Shown here: piece after piece, positions 50,664 to 60,464 of the stretch
Position numbering within the stretch: the stretch's first letter is position 1
Layout of the letters: the number at the start of each line of letters is the position of its first letter
Assembly: GCA_037308085.1 (NCBI GenBank)
Contig: CP147779.1
Span: forward strand, 2,400,001-2,464,000
Length of the DNA stretch: 64,000 nt
Direction of reading: 5' to 3'
Source: Promethearchaeati archaeon SRVP18_Atabeyarchaeia-1
GTDB taxonomy: Archaea > Asgardarchaeota > Atabeyarchaeia > Atabeyarchaeales > Atabeyarchaeaceae
The notes under the pieces: generated by a model
Seen by the model: the letters and a program-made list of their open reading frames with translations, nothing else
What the model was told of the DNA's origin: nothing
Databases searched by the model: none
Made by a program: the position numbers and the translations under genes

Positions 50664-52175
50664 TCATCTGGCCCCGCTGTTACTGGGATGATACTCTTTC
50701 AACAACTTCTTTCTGAAAAGTATCCCGGCGCAGACCACAGCTAGCAGACAACCGGACAGAATGGTCACGGCAAACAAGAGCGGTCTGCTTGAAGGCATGA
50801 TGGATGTCGACCCGTAGACGCTCTCGAGCCACAGGCGCGAGGTGCCATCGGATTTCGTAATACCAGCGAAAAGGAACCTGCCTTCCGGTGTCTGAAGGAC
50901 GTATTGTGCTTGGTCATCCTCTGCGCCGCCATATGTCTTGTTCCATAGCGATTTCCCATCTTCGTCTATTCTCATGAGCCATGCATCGTCTCGCCCGTTA
51001 TAAGTGTAGGAAGTCCGCCCCGCAAGGACATAGCCATTATCAGAGGTCTGTTGGATGGATCCGATATCATAGGCATAATCCCCGTAGGTCTTACTCCACT
51101 GGATGACTCCCATAGCGTCTATCTTGACTATGAACAGATGCCGGCCAATCACGGAATACTCGCTTGTGTAGCCTGCTACAATGTACCCGCCATCAAACGT
51201 CGGTGCGACCGAACGTGTAAAATAGTAGGCATTGAAAGGAGAATAATCCATTATGGAAGTGATCTCGCCCGAAGAATTCAGTTTCACTAGATGAATCAAG
51301 TAGCCCCACTTCGTGGAGGCTATTATGGATCCATTGTCAGATGTTCTCTGGCTGCAGTAGCATTTGTATTCGTATTGGTAATCGAGACTGTACAGCTCCT
51401 CGTGTTCTTCCCTTTGCTTCAAGCTGCCATTCTCATCGGTTCTAAGAAGCCAGCCGCGGTACATATCCATGTCCATTCTTACTCCCGCTACGACATATCC
51501 CCCATCTAATGTCTGTTGGGCGAAAGTTGCGAATTCATAATAGTCTTCTCGGTATGTCCTACCCCATTGTATCGTGCCTCTTGAATCAGTTTTGATAAGC
51601 CAAGGATAGCTTCCGTAGGCATTGTCATATGTATTGCCTGCAATAATGTAGCCCTGATCAGATGTCGGTTGGATCGAACAAGGGTTATTGGGAAAGACTT
51701 GGCTGATGGAGAGTTTCCACTCGGGGTTGCCCGCTTCATCCACCTTCTCGATCCAGGTTGTGACTAGTGCGCCTTCGGCATACACGCCTGCGGCCAAGAC
51801 ATACCCGGAGTCGCTTGCACGCTGAAGTATTAGCGTCTGATCGAAGTTGGTATTCTCGTAGGTCTTGCTCCACTCGACGCTTGAAAGGAGATTGGTCTTG
51901 TTATCCGGGAAGCTGAGAGTCAACGCCAAACCTGTCGTTAGGCTGCTGAAAACGACAATCGAGATCACGAGGACGGGAAGGATCCTTTGCTTTCTGCTTG
52001 CTTGATATTGTCTTAGTTTCCTCTTGATCTCCTCAAGGCTCATACTACTCTTGATGATTCTGGTCAACTGAGTCCTAGTACTGATATCACCAACCATTTC
52101 ATTGGAGACGGGGCTGGCAAGTCTGAAGAGAACCTCCTTCCTCACCTTTCGGAGTATCTCCTCCTTTTGGCCCAT
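50664..52175 (-). CDS. Membrane-anchored beta-propeller protein (paralog of 30146-31648)
   Basis: Same QT.DGGY repeats and two-TM topology; similar N-terminal helical domain. Confidence 0.8.
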   Translation of the reverse strand: MGQKEEILRKVRKEVLFRLASPVSNEMVGDISTRTQLTRIIKSSMSLEEIKRKLRQYQASRKQRILPVLVISIVVFSSLTTGLALTLSFPDNKTNLLSSVEWSKTYENTNFDQTLILQRASDSGYVLAAGVYAEGALVTTWIEKVDEAGNPEWKLSISQVFPNNPCSIQPTSDQGYIIAGNTYDNAYGSYPWLIKTDSRGTIQWGRTYREDYYEFATFAQQTLDGGYVVAGVRMDMDMYRGWLLRTDENGSLKQREEHEELYSLDYQYEYKCYCSQRTSDNGSIIASTKWGYLIHLVKLNSSGEITSIMDYSPFNAYYFTRSVAPTFDGGYIVAGYTSEYSVIGRHLFIVKIDAMGVIQWSKTYGDYAYDIGSIQQTSDNGYVLAGRTSYTYNGRDDAWLMRIDEDGKSLWNKTYGGAEDDQAQYVLQTPEGRFLFAGITKSDGTSRLWLESVYGSTSIMPSSRPLLFAVTILSGCLLAVVCAGILFRKKLLKEYHPSNSGAR

Positions 52176-52388
52176 ATGGGTTACGAACCCCCTTTGCCTC
52201 CTCGTGGATGCTATATTGACATTATCGACGATTCTATTTAAGCCCGCATATTAGTTGGCGGCCATTGCTAGGAATGGTCCGGTCGGCTTCTTTCCGTATC
52301 CAATATCGAGAATTCTTCTGCAAGAGGCACAGGATCGAATACCAGCAGGCAAGATCTTCATCTCAGTTTCGATACTTCTCCGCCAGTG

Positions 52389-53477
52389 TCAAAGCATCTT
52401 CTGCATGAAGATCTCTTTGGCGTACCTGCTTGACAGCCAGCCAGGGACTTCTCCTCGGCGCTCGTACCCCATCTTCTCGTAAAGCTTCCTTCCAGCTTCG
52501 TTGTTGTCAAAGTAGCTTAGCACGAGGCTCCCTAGATGAAGTCTCTTAGCCAGTAGATCGATTTCCTTGAGAAGCCCCGTCCCAACGCCTAGACCGTGGT
52601 ATTGGGGGTTGACGTGGATGCCGACGTGGCCGACATGACTCGAGACGTGGCCAAGCATGATTCCCACATCTGACATTCCTATGACCTTGTTTCTGTCCGT
52701 GTCAACGCAGACGATAGCGTGTTCTAGACCACTTTTCTTCCCCTGCTCTATGAATGAGGCGGACTCGCTCTTGGTCACGAAGCCGGTGTACGTTCCCATG
52801 CCGAGGGTCCTGAAGGTATTCTGATGTGAGATTGATTCGGCGAGATCTCCGCCGTCATCGGGGGTGGCCATACGGAAGCTCAGCTTGAGAGGCGGCTTCT
52901 GTCTCTCCACCGGGAGTAGTGGGTAGAGGTCGCCCTGCTCGGCGTATTCTTTTCTCGGCGAGGCTTGATAGTCTTTCTCCAAACTATGGTACAAGTAGTG
53001 CGTGTCGTAGAATCGACCGTCCAGGCAGGCTGTGTTCAACGTGGCCGCGCCCTTGACGAAACCGAGGTCAAGAAGGGTCTCTATTTTCTCTTTCTCATAT
53101 CCAAACACGTTGTAGGCTTCTACTATGAGTTTCAGCTCAGACTTGGCCAGCTCTCGGACGAACGGATAGACGTCTCGAACAAGTCTCGGGTCATCCGAGG
53201 CGAACCTGACGTTTATTTTCGGACCTGGTTTTCCCGGTCGACTCATGATTCTTACCAGACCGTGAATGCTACCACTCTTCGCTGTGGCGTCCACAGCTTT
53301 GTAAGTCCCAGCTAAAGGAAAGATTGACTTCAGATCATCTACGGACGGGGGTAGGACGAATCCTATTTGTCTCTGAGCGTCTTCTGACTCCTCAAAATAG
53401 CGACACAATACCGTTCCGTAGTCGTCTTCCCGCAGTGCTGAAAGCTTGATCCTTGTCGGCATATTCTCTCCTCCCAC
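52389..53477 (-). CDS. Tandem GNAT domain acetyltransferase
   Basis: C-terminal YHGLGVGT and NEAG..LYEKMGY; degenerate N-terminal GNAT. Confidence 0.75.
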   Translation of the reverse strand: MGGENMPTRIKLSALREDDYGTVLCRYFEESEDAQRQIGFVLPPSVDDLKSIFPLAGTYKAVDATAKSGSIHGLVRIMSRPGKPGPKINVRFASDDPRLVRDVYPFVRELAKSELKLIVEAYNVFGYEKEKIETLLDLGFVKGAATLNTACLDGRFYDTHYLYHSLEKDYQASPRKEYAEQGDLYPLLPVERQKPPLKLSFRMATPDDGGDLAESISHQNTFRTLGMGTYTGFVTKSESASFIEQGKKSGLEHAIVCVDTDRNKVIGMSDVGIMLGHVSSHVGHVGIHVNPQYHGLGVGTGLLKEIDLLAKRLHLGSLVLSYFDNNEAGRKLYEKMGYERRGEVPGWLSSRYAKEIFMQKML

Positions 53478-53797
53478 GAAGACAATAGTTTTCGGGATTA
53501 AAAGCCTCAGTACAAGAAATGGGACTGATCAATTGAAAAGGATTTAGCTAACCTCCATTAGCCGAGCGCCAACCGCCGCAAGCGTCGCTAAGTGCTCTAT
53601 TGTTCTCCCAGCTTGACACCCGACGGGCCGGAATGTTCTCTGCATGAAGATCTCCTTGATGCAACATTGAGAAGGCATCAGAAGTCATGCGATCTTTGCA
53701 GAAAATGCATAATGCCCAGCGCCTGCAAAGGAATTTGCCTACACAGGAACTTCGCCTGCGGAGTCCTTCGAACGGCTGGTACCAGACTGGCGGTGCT

Positions 53798-54475
53798 CTA
53801 TTTTCTAAGGTGTACGACCATTGCTCGGACTTGATCTATTGTGAATTCGCATCTGTCCGCAACATTTTCGACTGCTTCCAAGAACTGGCTTAATATTATT
53901 AGTTGACCAGCTTTGTATTCTGGCCCGCCCATTTCCGAAAGGACCTCCCTTGCTCCAAGATACTTCTCATCAACTTCTTCTTCAAGCTTCTCGACGTCGT
54001 TCGACAGGCTAAGCGCTTCATCCAGCTTCTTGTCAGCTACAAGTCCTATGCACTCAACAGTATCCTTCGCCCCATCGCGAACCATTCTGCTCATCTCGAG
54101 GACAGTTTCCTGGATCTTCTTCGGCAAGGTGTTTAGGTTTACGAGCAGCAGCATGCCTTCAGCTTCATGAGCGTAGTCAAGGATCCAGTTCGCCTCCCTC
54201 GCCAGGGTAATCAGGTCAGCTCTATCCTCCGGAGCGAGATGCCCCTTGTTCAGCTCCATGATTATCTCTTTCCGAAGAGCGTCTGCCTCCTTGTCCAGTC
54301 GGGTTTGAGACTGATAGCTTATCTCAAGCTCATTCTTTCTCCCTTTCGTCGCAGCCTCAGTACCTTTAAGCAGCTCCTCCGTCGAAGCGGCTGCAAGCTT
54401 TGCGTGCCTGCGTATAAGCCCTATTACTCTAACCTCGCGCCTTGTTTCGAACCATCTTGACATACTGCTGGACAT
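53798..54475 (-). CDS. DUF47 / PhoU-like phosphate transport regulator
   Basis: EADALRKEI, LEEEVD and ENVADRCE. Confidence 0.85.
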   Translation of the reverse strand: MSSSMSRWFETRREVRVIGLIRRHAKLAAASTEELLKGTEAATKGRKNELEISYQSQTRLDKEADALRKEIIMELNKGHLAPEDRADLITLAREANWILDYAHEAEGMLLLVNLNTLPKKIQETVLEMSRMVRDGAKDTVECIGLVADKKLDEALSLSNDVEKLEEEVDEKYLGAREVLSEMGGPEYKAGQLIILSQFLEAVENVADRCEFTIDQVRAMVVHLRK

Positions 54476-54602
54476 AGGTCTCGTTCTCCTCCATCCCTGA
54501 TCAGCCTAGCAGGCCGTTGCTTGTCAAACTCCCTGCTGCCTTGTTTTTTCCTCACTAGCATAATGACAACATCAGAGTCCTGTATAGACTTCTTATATGC
54601 AA

Positions 54603-54628
54603 CCTAATAATACTTACTTAGCTTCTCA
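54603..54628. repeat. Partial copy of dispersed junction repeat
   Basis: cctaataatacttacttagcttctca versus cctattaatacttacttagcctctca at 55178-55203. Confidence 0.7.
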
Positions 54629-54658
54629 TGAGTAAAAGACAATGCCGGTGGACTTCTT

Positions 54659-54841
54659 ATGGCGAAAAAACGTGCGAAAAAGATACCTGCAAAGAACGAA
54701 AGCGCTGCGGAAGAGATCGCTAGGGCAATGACCGCTAATATGGCGGCAAATCAAGAGAATCCCAATTGGGACGTGGAGCACGACCGGATGATGGATGAAG
54801 CGGCTGCAAGAGCACTGAAAACACGGCCTGATCCCCAGTAA
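54659..54841 (+). CDS. Small hypothetical protein (60 aa)
   Basis: ATG with GGTGGA upstream; plausible composition. Confidence 0.45.
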   Translation: MAKKRAKKIPAKNESAAEEIARAMTANMAANQENPNWDVEHDRMMDEAAARALKTRPDPQ

Positions 54842-54860
54842 CGATGAAAAAGGCGAATAA

Positions 54861-55124
54861 ACTCTATGTTGGTTTGACCACAATTACCTAAACAATGGCC
54901 CTGAGAACCTCATAATCCTGTGCGCCCCCTGCCACCAGAAGCTACTCATGAAGGAAACCAAACCCAGCGGCGGCAGCGCGCGCTATAGGTATCTGGCCAA
55001 AACCAATAGACAAACAAGCATCGACAAGACGGAAAGGTGGAAACGGAAAACCTTGACCTGCCCCGTACTCGGACATAAAAGCTACCGATGGGCAAAACCC
55101 CACAATACACCTGGCGCCCGCTAG
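54861..55124 (+). pseudogene. HNH endonuclease C-terminal remnant
   Basis: Start-less frame reading FDHNYLNNGPENLIILCAPCHQK. Confidence 0.6.
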
Positions 55125-55134
55125 TAGAACCAAG

Positions 55135-55203
55135 AAAAAGAGGGGCGATGGCTTTTTAGATGTTCACATTCCATGTTCCTATTAATACTTACTTAGCCTC
55201 TCA
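55135..55203. repeat. Dispersed junction repeat, copy A
   Basis: aaaaagaggggcgatggctttttagatgttcacattccatgttcctattaatactta, near-identical to 57199-57254. Confidence 0.8.
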
Positions 55204-55323
55204 AAAATGCGGGCTTAGACTGATTCCTGTATGAGGTAGCTAACTCGCTAAGTTGCTTAACCCAAGAACTCTCCAATATTCGCACTTGGAAGCCCTGATA
55301 AGCGGATGTCTCAGTCAACCCGC

Positions 55324-55590
55324 TCAGCACATCTTTCTTGCGCCTTCCTTGTTCTTCAGTTGCTCCTGCGTCAGCTGGTGCCCTTCCCCTAGCTCCCAGT
55401 CTTCGAAAACGAATATGTCTTCTATCCTAGATTTCAGAACTTTCGCGATGCTATAGGCTAACTTGAGAGACGGGTTGTACTTCCCCTTCTCCAAGAAGAG
55501 TATCGTCTCCCTTCTCACGCCCACCCTGTTCGCCAGCTGCTCCTGAGTCAGGTGCAACTCTTCTCTTAGCTTCTTCATTCTAGTCTTCAT
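55324..55590 (-). CDS. XRE-family HTH regulator
   Basis: [27 protein letters not shown]. Confidence 0.9.
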   Translation of the reverse strand: MKTRMKKLREELHLTQEQLANRVGVRRETILFLEKGKYNPSLKLAYSIAKVLKSRIEDIFVFEDWELGEGHQLTQEQLKNKEGARKMC

Positions 55591-55599
55591 AAGATGTGT

Positions 55600-55935
55600 T
55601 CAATCTCCGCCTCGATCATAGTAAACATAGGAAAAGACAAACAATGCCATGCCTCCGACAAAGAGAACAGTGAACGCTAGTGGATATAGATCGATAGTGT
55701 TGAAGGTCACTATGTACGCGATTGAGGCAGCTAGCGTTAACGTGATGAAAAGGAAGGCATTTCTGCAGGCCCGATCGATGTTCTTCTCTATTCTTTCGTC
55801 GTTTCCCTTGCCACCGAAAGCACCAAAGAAACAGAAGAATCCAACGAAACCGAAGAAGACCTTGTTCCCTGTGATTAAGCCAAGCACACTAATTAATCCC
55901 AAAAGACCGAGGTATGCAATAATTCTGCTTTTCAT
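55600..55935 (-). CDS. Small membrane protein (DUF3796/DUF2178-like)
   Basis: YLGLLG and DER...N...A..NAF; typical partner of an XRE gene. Confidence 0.7.
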   Translation of the reverse strand: MKSRIIAYLGLLGLISVLGLITGNKVFFGFVGFFCFFGAFGGKGNDERIEKNIDRACRNAFLFITLTLAASIAYIVTFNTIDLYPLAFTVLFVGGMALFVFSYVYYDRGGD

Positions 55936-55949
55936 GTCTCAAACCTCTT

Positions 55950-55997
55950 GTTAACTATTTCTAACGTTATATATTTCTAACGTTGCTCGTATTTAAA
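55950..55997 (-). promoter_or_regulatory. Two abutting 16-bp palindromic operators plus TATA box
   Basis: GTTA-N8-TAAC twice (55950-55965 and 55966-55981); TTTAAATA on the minus strand at 55990-55997. Confidence 0.7.
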
Positions 55998-56643
55998 TCT
56001 ATCTCTTGATACGCATCGATGGTTCGGTTTACCATGAACAGGCATTCCACCGGTCATGGATCCCAATTGATGAGAATTCGAATCTCCGTCTTGCCTCTAT
56101 GGCAATCGAATAGTTCGTTCGTTTTGTCAGTCGGCCTTGAGAGAAATAGTTCCCATTACTGGAACTGAAAAAGCGCGCGCTGCCTTGTCCCGATATTAGG
56201 CAATAATTGTACAAAGAAGAGAAGCTCGCGGGTGATATCACCCCTTGAGGCAGGACTCAAATCCCAGCAGCTTCAAACTTGGGTCCAGATTTCAATCCGA
56301 ATTTGTCGCAAAGGAACGGGTTTGGGGAAAGGTTACGGCGTGAACCTCGTCTTCTCCTATAAGGTCAAACAAACCAAAGGTCTCCATGAGACATGCAAGA
56401 AGAAATGCGATTAAATTGGCCGCTATGATTAAGGATGCCCGAAACGACAAGTACCCTGTGGCTTTGCTGATTCAAATGACAAACCAAGGTGACGATGAGC
56501 AAAGGATAAAAAAAAAGGAAGCCGCCTATGCTCGTTGGTAAAACTAGTAAGAAAGCGAGAAAAGCTGAGAAAAACGGGCAAATGGTCCAGAATACACGGT
56601 AGGCTTAAGTTTGCGTAAAGCTCAAACTGCTTTGGGTGAAAAA

Positions 56644-57087
56644 ATGGATAGCAAAACACATTTTGAGAAATCTAGGAACGATGTTAGTAAGGCCCATAAG
56701 GACATTGCAGTGAAATTCCTCAGTCTAGTTGGTTCGGGAAGACCAAAGGACGGACTACGTTTCTTTGCCCCTGAATGTAAGACTCACAATCCCTACATCC
56801 CCGGTAGCATGAAGACAATAATCGATGCAATGATTGCCGTGCAAAAACAAGGAGCGGAAGGAATTTCAAAAGGGTCGAAAGCTGACTTTAAGCTCATCAT
56901 CAGGCAGGTCCTTGCTGACGGAGACATGGTTGCAGTGCATACTCAACTCTCCAGCTCCAAACCAAGCGAAGGAGGACTAAGGCAAGTCCATCTTTTCCGT
57001 TTCAGTGGAGACAAGATTGTCGAGTATTGGGATATCACCCAACAAGTGCCGGAGAACGCGCCTAACGCAGCTGGAGCATTCTCTTAA
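56644..57087 (+). CDS. SnoaL-like / NTF2 family protein
   Basis: THNP, LADGDMVAVH and LFRF.GDKIVEYWD. Confidence 0.85.
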   Translation: MDSKTHFEKSRNDVSKAHKDIAVKFLSLVGSGRPKDGLRFFAPECKTHNPYIPGSMKTIIDAMIAVQKQGAEGISKGSKADFKLIIRQVLADGDMVAVHTQLSSSKPSEGGLRQVHLFRFSGDKIVEYWDITQQVPENAPNAAGAFS

Positions 57088-57198
57088 AGGAGGCCCCTTT
57101 CTCAAAATAAGCTTTTCAATTTAGAGACAAGCCGACCAGCATGACTGTAGACTAAGATGCGCTCTAAAGACCTGACTTGTAGAGCCGGCAGAAACTAC

Positions 57199-57254
57199 AA
57201 AAAGAGGGCGGTAGCTTTTTAGTTGTTCACATTCTATGTTCCTGATAATACTTA
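57199..57254. repeat. Dispersed junction repeat, copy B
   Basis: aaaaagagggcggtagctttttagttgttcacattctatgttcctgataatactta. Confidence 0.8.
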
Positions 57255-57376
57255 TCGCAGAAGGGCGAGAATGGGTTAACCAGTCTAGGGATATAGCAGA
57301 GAAACCCGATCAAGCCACTATCACGCAGCCTCTAGCATAGGGGCAAGAATGGATGGGTTGAAGGCAGAGTGGTAAG

Positions 57377-58534
57377 ATGCCTCCTAAGGAACGTAAACTG
57401 GTGTATGATGGCAAGAAAAGCGAACTTAGTATTCTAGCTGATACTCCTGAAACCAAGTTGAAGGAAGCCGGCGAGCACGGGAAGACTGGTTTTCCCGATA
57501 GCGATTGGTTCAATATGATTATTCTCGGGGATAACTTGCCGGTTTTGAAGACTCTGATGGCCGATTCTTCGGTCGCAAGAAGAGTCAGACTGGTCTACAT
57601 TGATCCTCCATTTTCTACGGGTCAGGAATTCCGCGTTGGGGATTCCCGCTCATCAACCATAAGCCCAAGTAGGCTCGACGCGGTTGCCTACCGAGACAGC
57701 TTGGTTGGTGTCGCCTACCTTGAGTCTCTGAGGAAGCGCCTGATATTCCTGAGAGAAATCATGGCCACGGATGGTTCAATATATGTTCACATTGATTCCA
57801 GAGTTGGTCACTACGTGAAAATCCTTCTGGATGAAGTCTTCGGAGAGAAGCACTTCATAAATGATATAGCTAGAATCAAGTGCAACCCAAAGAACTTCAA
57901 ACGCAGAGCCTATGGAAATGTCAAAGACATGATCCTATTTTACACGAAGAGTGGAGATTATCTGTGGAATGATCCGAGGCAATCCTTCACTGATGGGGAT
58001 ATACTGAAGCTGTTCCCCAGGCAAGACAAAGACGGAAGGCGGTATGCAACAAACCCTCTTCACGCTCCCGGCGAAACTGAGAATGGTTCCACCGGGCAGA
58101 CGTGGCGAGGCATGCCTCCACCTAGGGGCAGGCATTGGCGATATCCTCCGGATGAGCTTGAAGAACTGGATAAGCAGGGTTTGGTTGAGTGGTCGAGTAA
58201 GGGCGTCCCTCGAAAGAGAATATACGCCGACGAGTTCTTGAAGAAGGGAAAGAAGATGCAAGATGTCTGGAACTTCAAGGATCCGCAGTTTCCTTCATAT
58301 CCTACTGAAAAGAACTTGGATATGCTGAAGTTGATCATCGGGACTTCTTCGAACCCAGGGGACATAGTTCTAGACGCTTACTGCGGCTCTGGATCCTCAA
58401 TTCTCGCAGCGGAGGAGCTTGGGAGAAGGTGGATCGGCATAGACAACTCCAGCCCATCCATTGTCACTGCAACAAGGAGACTTCTGAATAGGGTAGACTG
58501 CAAATTCTTCAAGCTGCTCCATGCTACCCGCTGA
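57377..58534 (+). CDS. Site-specific DNA methyltransferase (N6-A/N4-C, beta class)
   Basis: GDNL, YIDPPF, YPTEK and LDAYCGSGS. Confidence 0.9.
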   Translation: MPPKERKLVYDGKKSELSILADTPETKLKEAGEHGKTGFPDSDWFNMIILGDNLPVLKTLMADSSVARRVRLVYIDPPFSTGQEFRVGDSRSSTISPSRLDAVAYRDSLVGVAYLESLRKRLIFLREIMATDGSIYVHIDSRVGHYVKILLDEVFGEKHFINDIARIKCNPKNFKRRAYGNVKDMILFYTKSGDYLWNDPRQSFTDGDILKLFPRQDKDGRRYATNPLHAPGETENGSTGQTWRGMPPPRGRHWRYPPDELEELDKQGLVEWSSKGVPRKRIYADEFLKKGKKMQDVWNFKDPQFPSYPTEKNLDMLKLIIGTSSNPGDIVLDAYCGSGSSILAAEELGRRWIGIDNSSPSIVTATRRLLNRVDCKFFKLLHATR

Positions 58535-58589
58535 GGCTTTGCAAATCATCCACGGCGATGGTATCTGCGGCCAGGGATCTGCAGCCCGC

Positions 58590-59783
58590 TTACTCCAGAC
58601 TGATTTCCCTTTCAAGGCCTATGCGCGGATAGGGATACACAAGAATCGAATTGGCATCAAGCGTCACGGAAACGTCTTCCCCGATCCTAAGTTCCTCCCA
58701 AGATTTGTCGATCGGGATCCTGCTCATTATGTGGTCTCCACCGTCCAAGGTGAGTTCGCATCTAATTGACGCACCCGAAAAGATTGTTTTTGTGATTCTA
58801 GCCGGTAGCGTGTTGGCTTTCTCTCGCGTGTGAGCGCCCCCGGCCTCGGATAGCAGAACGAATTCTGGCCTTACAGCGGCAACTACAAGCATGTTTGCAG
58901 CGAAGCTGTTCTTCGGCCTCTTTTCTCTCTTCTTGGCTGATCCTGCTTCCAGGTCAGTCTCTACTTCGCCTCGATCTTGCTCCTTTAAGTGCGCTTTGAT
59001 CAGCTGTCCGCTCCTGAGCCTTAGAGTCACTGTGTTGTCTTCCGTTTCCGCGATCTTGCACTCTATGAAGTTTGCTTCTCCGAGAAAATTCGCCGTGAAA
59101 AGTGTATTTGGTTCGAAGTAGAGCTGGTCTGGCGCTCCGACTTCAACCACTTGCCCTTTCTTCATTATTATAATCCTATCTGCGACTGACATTACTTCCT
59201 CTTGGTCATGTGTGATGTGAATGGCAGTCAACTTTAATTCTTTGACGATTTTCTTCAGCTCGTATCGCAGTTCGACTCTTACGAGAGCATCGAGGGCTGA
59301 CAATGGTTCGTCGAGAAGAAGCAGTTCGGTCCGTGATGCGAGCGCCCTAGCCACGGCAACCTTCTGCTGCATCCCGCCACTCAGTTCTCTGGGAAATGAA
59401 TGTGAGTCGGCACTGAACCTGATAAGAGCGATCATCTCGCTGACTAGCCTGCGAGACTCTTCAGCGTCAACTTGCCTGACTCTCAGCCCATAGCCTATGT
59501 TCTCTCTGACATTCATATGAGGAAATAGCGCTATGTTCTGAAACACATAGCCAATCCCCCTATCCTCCGGAGGCATGCCATCAACCAGTTTCTCACCAAT
59601 GTACACGTGACCTTTGTCCTGCTTTAGTATTCCGGCGATGCATTTTATGAGAGTTGTCTTGCCGCACCCACTAGGACCGAGAATGCCAATGTATTCTCCA
59701 TTCTTAACGTGGAAGTCTACCTTGTCTAGAGCAACGAATTTTCCGAATCTCTTAGTTAGGTTGGCGACCCTGATGCTCGGCAT
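58590..59783 (-). CDS. ABC transporter ATP-binding protein (PotA/FbpC type)
   Basis: GPSGCGKT, LSGGMQQ, LLLDEP and HITHDQEE; TOBE domain. Confidence 0.9.
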   Translation of the reverse strand: MPSIRVANLTKRFGKFVALDKVDFHVKNGEYIGILGPSGCGKTTLIKCIAGILKQDKGHVYIGEKLVDGMPPEDRGIGYVFQNIALFPHMNVRENIGYGLRVRQVDAEESRRLVSEMIALIRFSADSHSFPRELSGGMQQKVAVARALASRTELLLLDEPLSALDALVRVELRYELKKIVKELKLTAIHITHDQEEVMSVADRIIIMKKGQVVEVGAPDQLYFEPNTLFTANFLGEANFIECKIAETEDNTVTLRLRSGQLIKAHLKEQDRGEVETDLEAGSAKKREKRPKNSFAANMLVVAAVRPEFVLLSEAGGAHTREKANTLPARITKTIFSGASIRCELTLDGGDHIMSRIPIDKSWEELRIGEDVSVTLDANSILVYPYPRIGLEREISLE

Positions 59784-59996
59784 AACTCTCAGATCACTTC
59801 GATCTTCATGCTCTATTATTCTTTGAAGCTTTTTAGCTTAAGCATTCCCCTCCCTAACCATGAGGAGCAACTTCTGTGACGCGACCCACAAACCACATCG
59901 ATGCAGACGGTCTGGCCTTCAGCAAAAATAGAGACGCCTAGGCGATAGAAATAAGAAAGGAAGGCACGGGTTTTCCGGTTTGCGACCCTTAGTAGC

Positions 59997-60287
59997 CTAT
60001 TCCTTTGTTAGGGATATTTCAATCGTGCTGACGCTGAACTTGTTTCCTTGCTCCCCAGTCAATTGCTCTGTCCCGGTGATTATTTCCTTGACCTTCACAT
60101 CCGACATGAATCTGTTGCGCACTATCTCGGCGACGTCCACTGCGCGACTTATTGCTTGTCCTCGTGCCTTAATGCTTACCAACTTTGCGTTGTCGTGAAA
60201 CAGCGTTATCACGGCGAGGACATAATTCATTGGGGGCTTAGTTCCCACAAGTACGGCATTTTCTTCAGATCTGGATCTTTCTGGCAT
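59997..60287 (-). CDS. albA: DNA/RNA-binding protein Alba
   Basis: [27 protein letters not shown] and STIEI.L. Confidence 0.95.
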   Translation of the reverse strand: MPERSRSEENAVLVGTKPPMNYVLAVITLFHDNAKLVSIKARGQAISRAVDVAEIVRNRFMSDVKVKEIITGTEQLTGEQGNKFSVSTIEISLTKE

Positions 60288-60464
60288 TTTTCGATTTTCA
60301 CCTTTTCTCCTTCTTCAAATATACTAAAGTTGTCGTAGCAACAAAGCACAGATGTGCTGTAGTATCCGTGACCTTGACTAGTGATTGCCCTCTTTATAAA
60401 CTTGGCGAAGGTTTAAGGTGACCTCCGGGAACCAGCGAATGATCCGAGCTGAGTTTTCAGGCTC

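Noticed and set aside
53635-53705. Long imperfect hairpin with AUGA...GA, SECIS-like
   Set aside because: Non-canonical quartet, and no upstream same-strand gene with an in-frame TGA.
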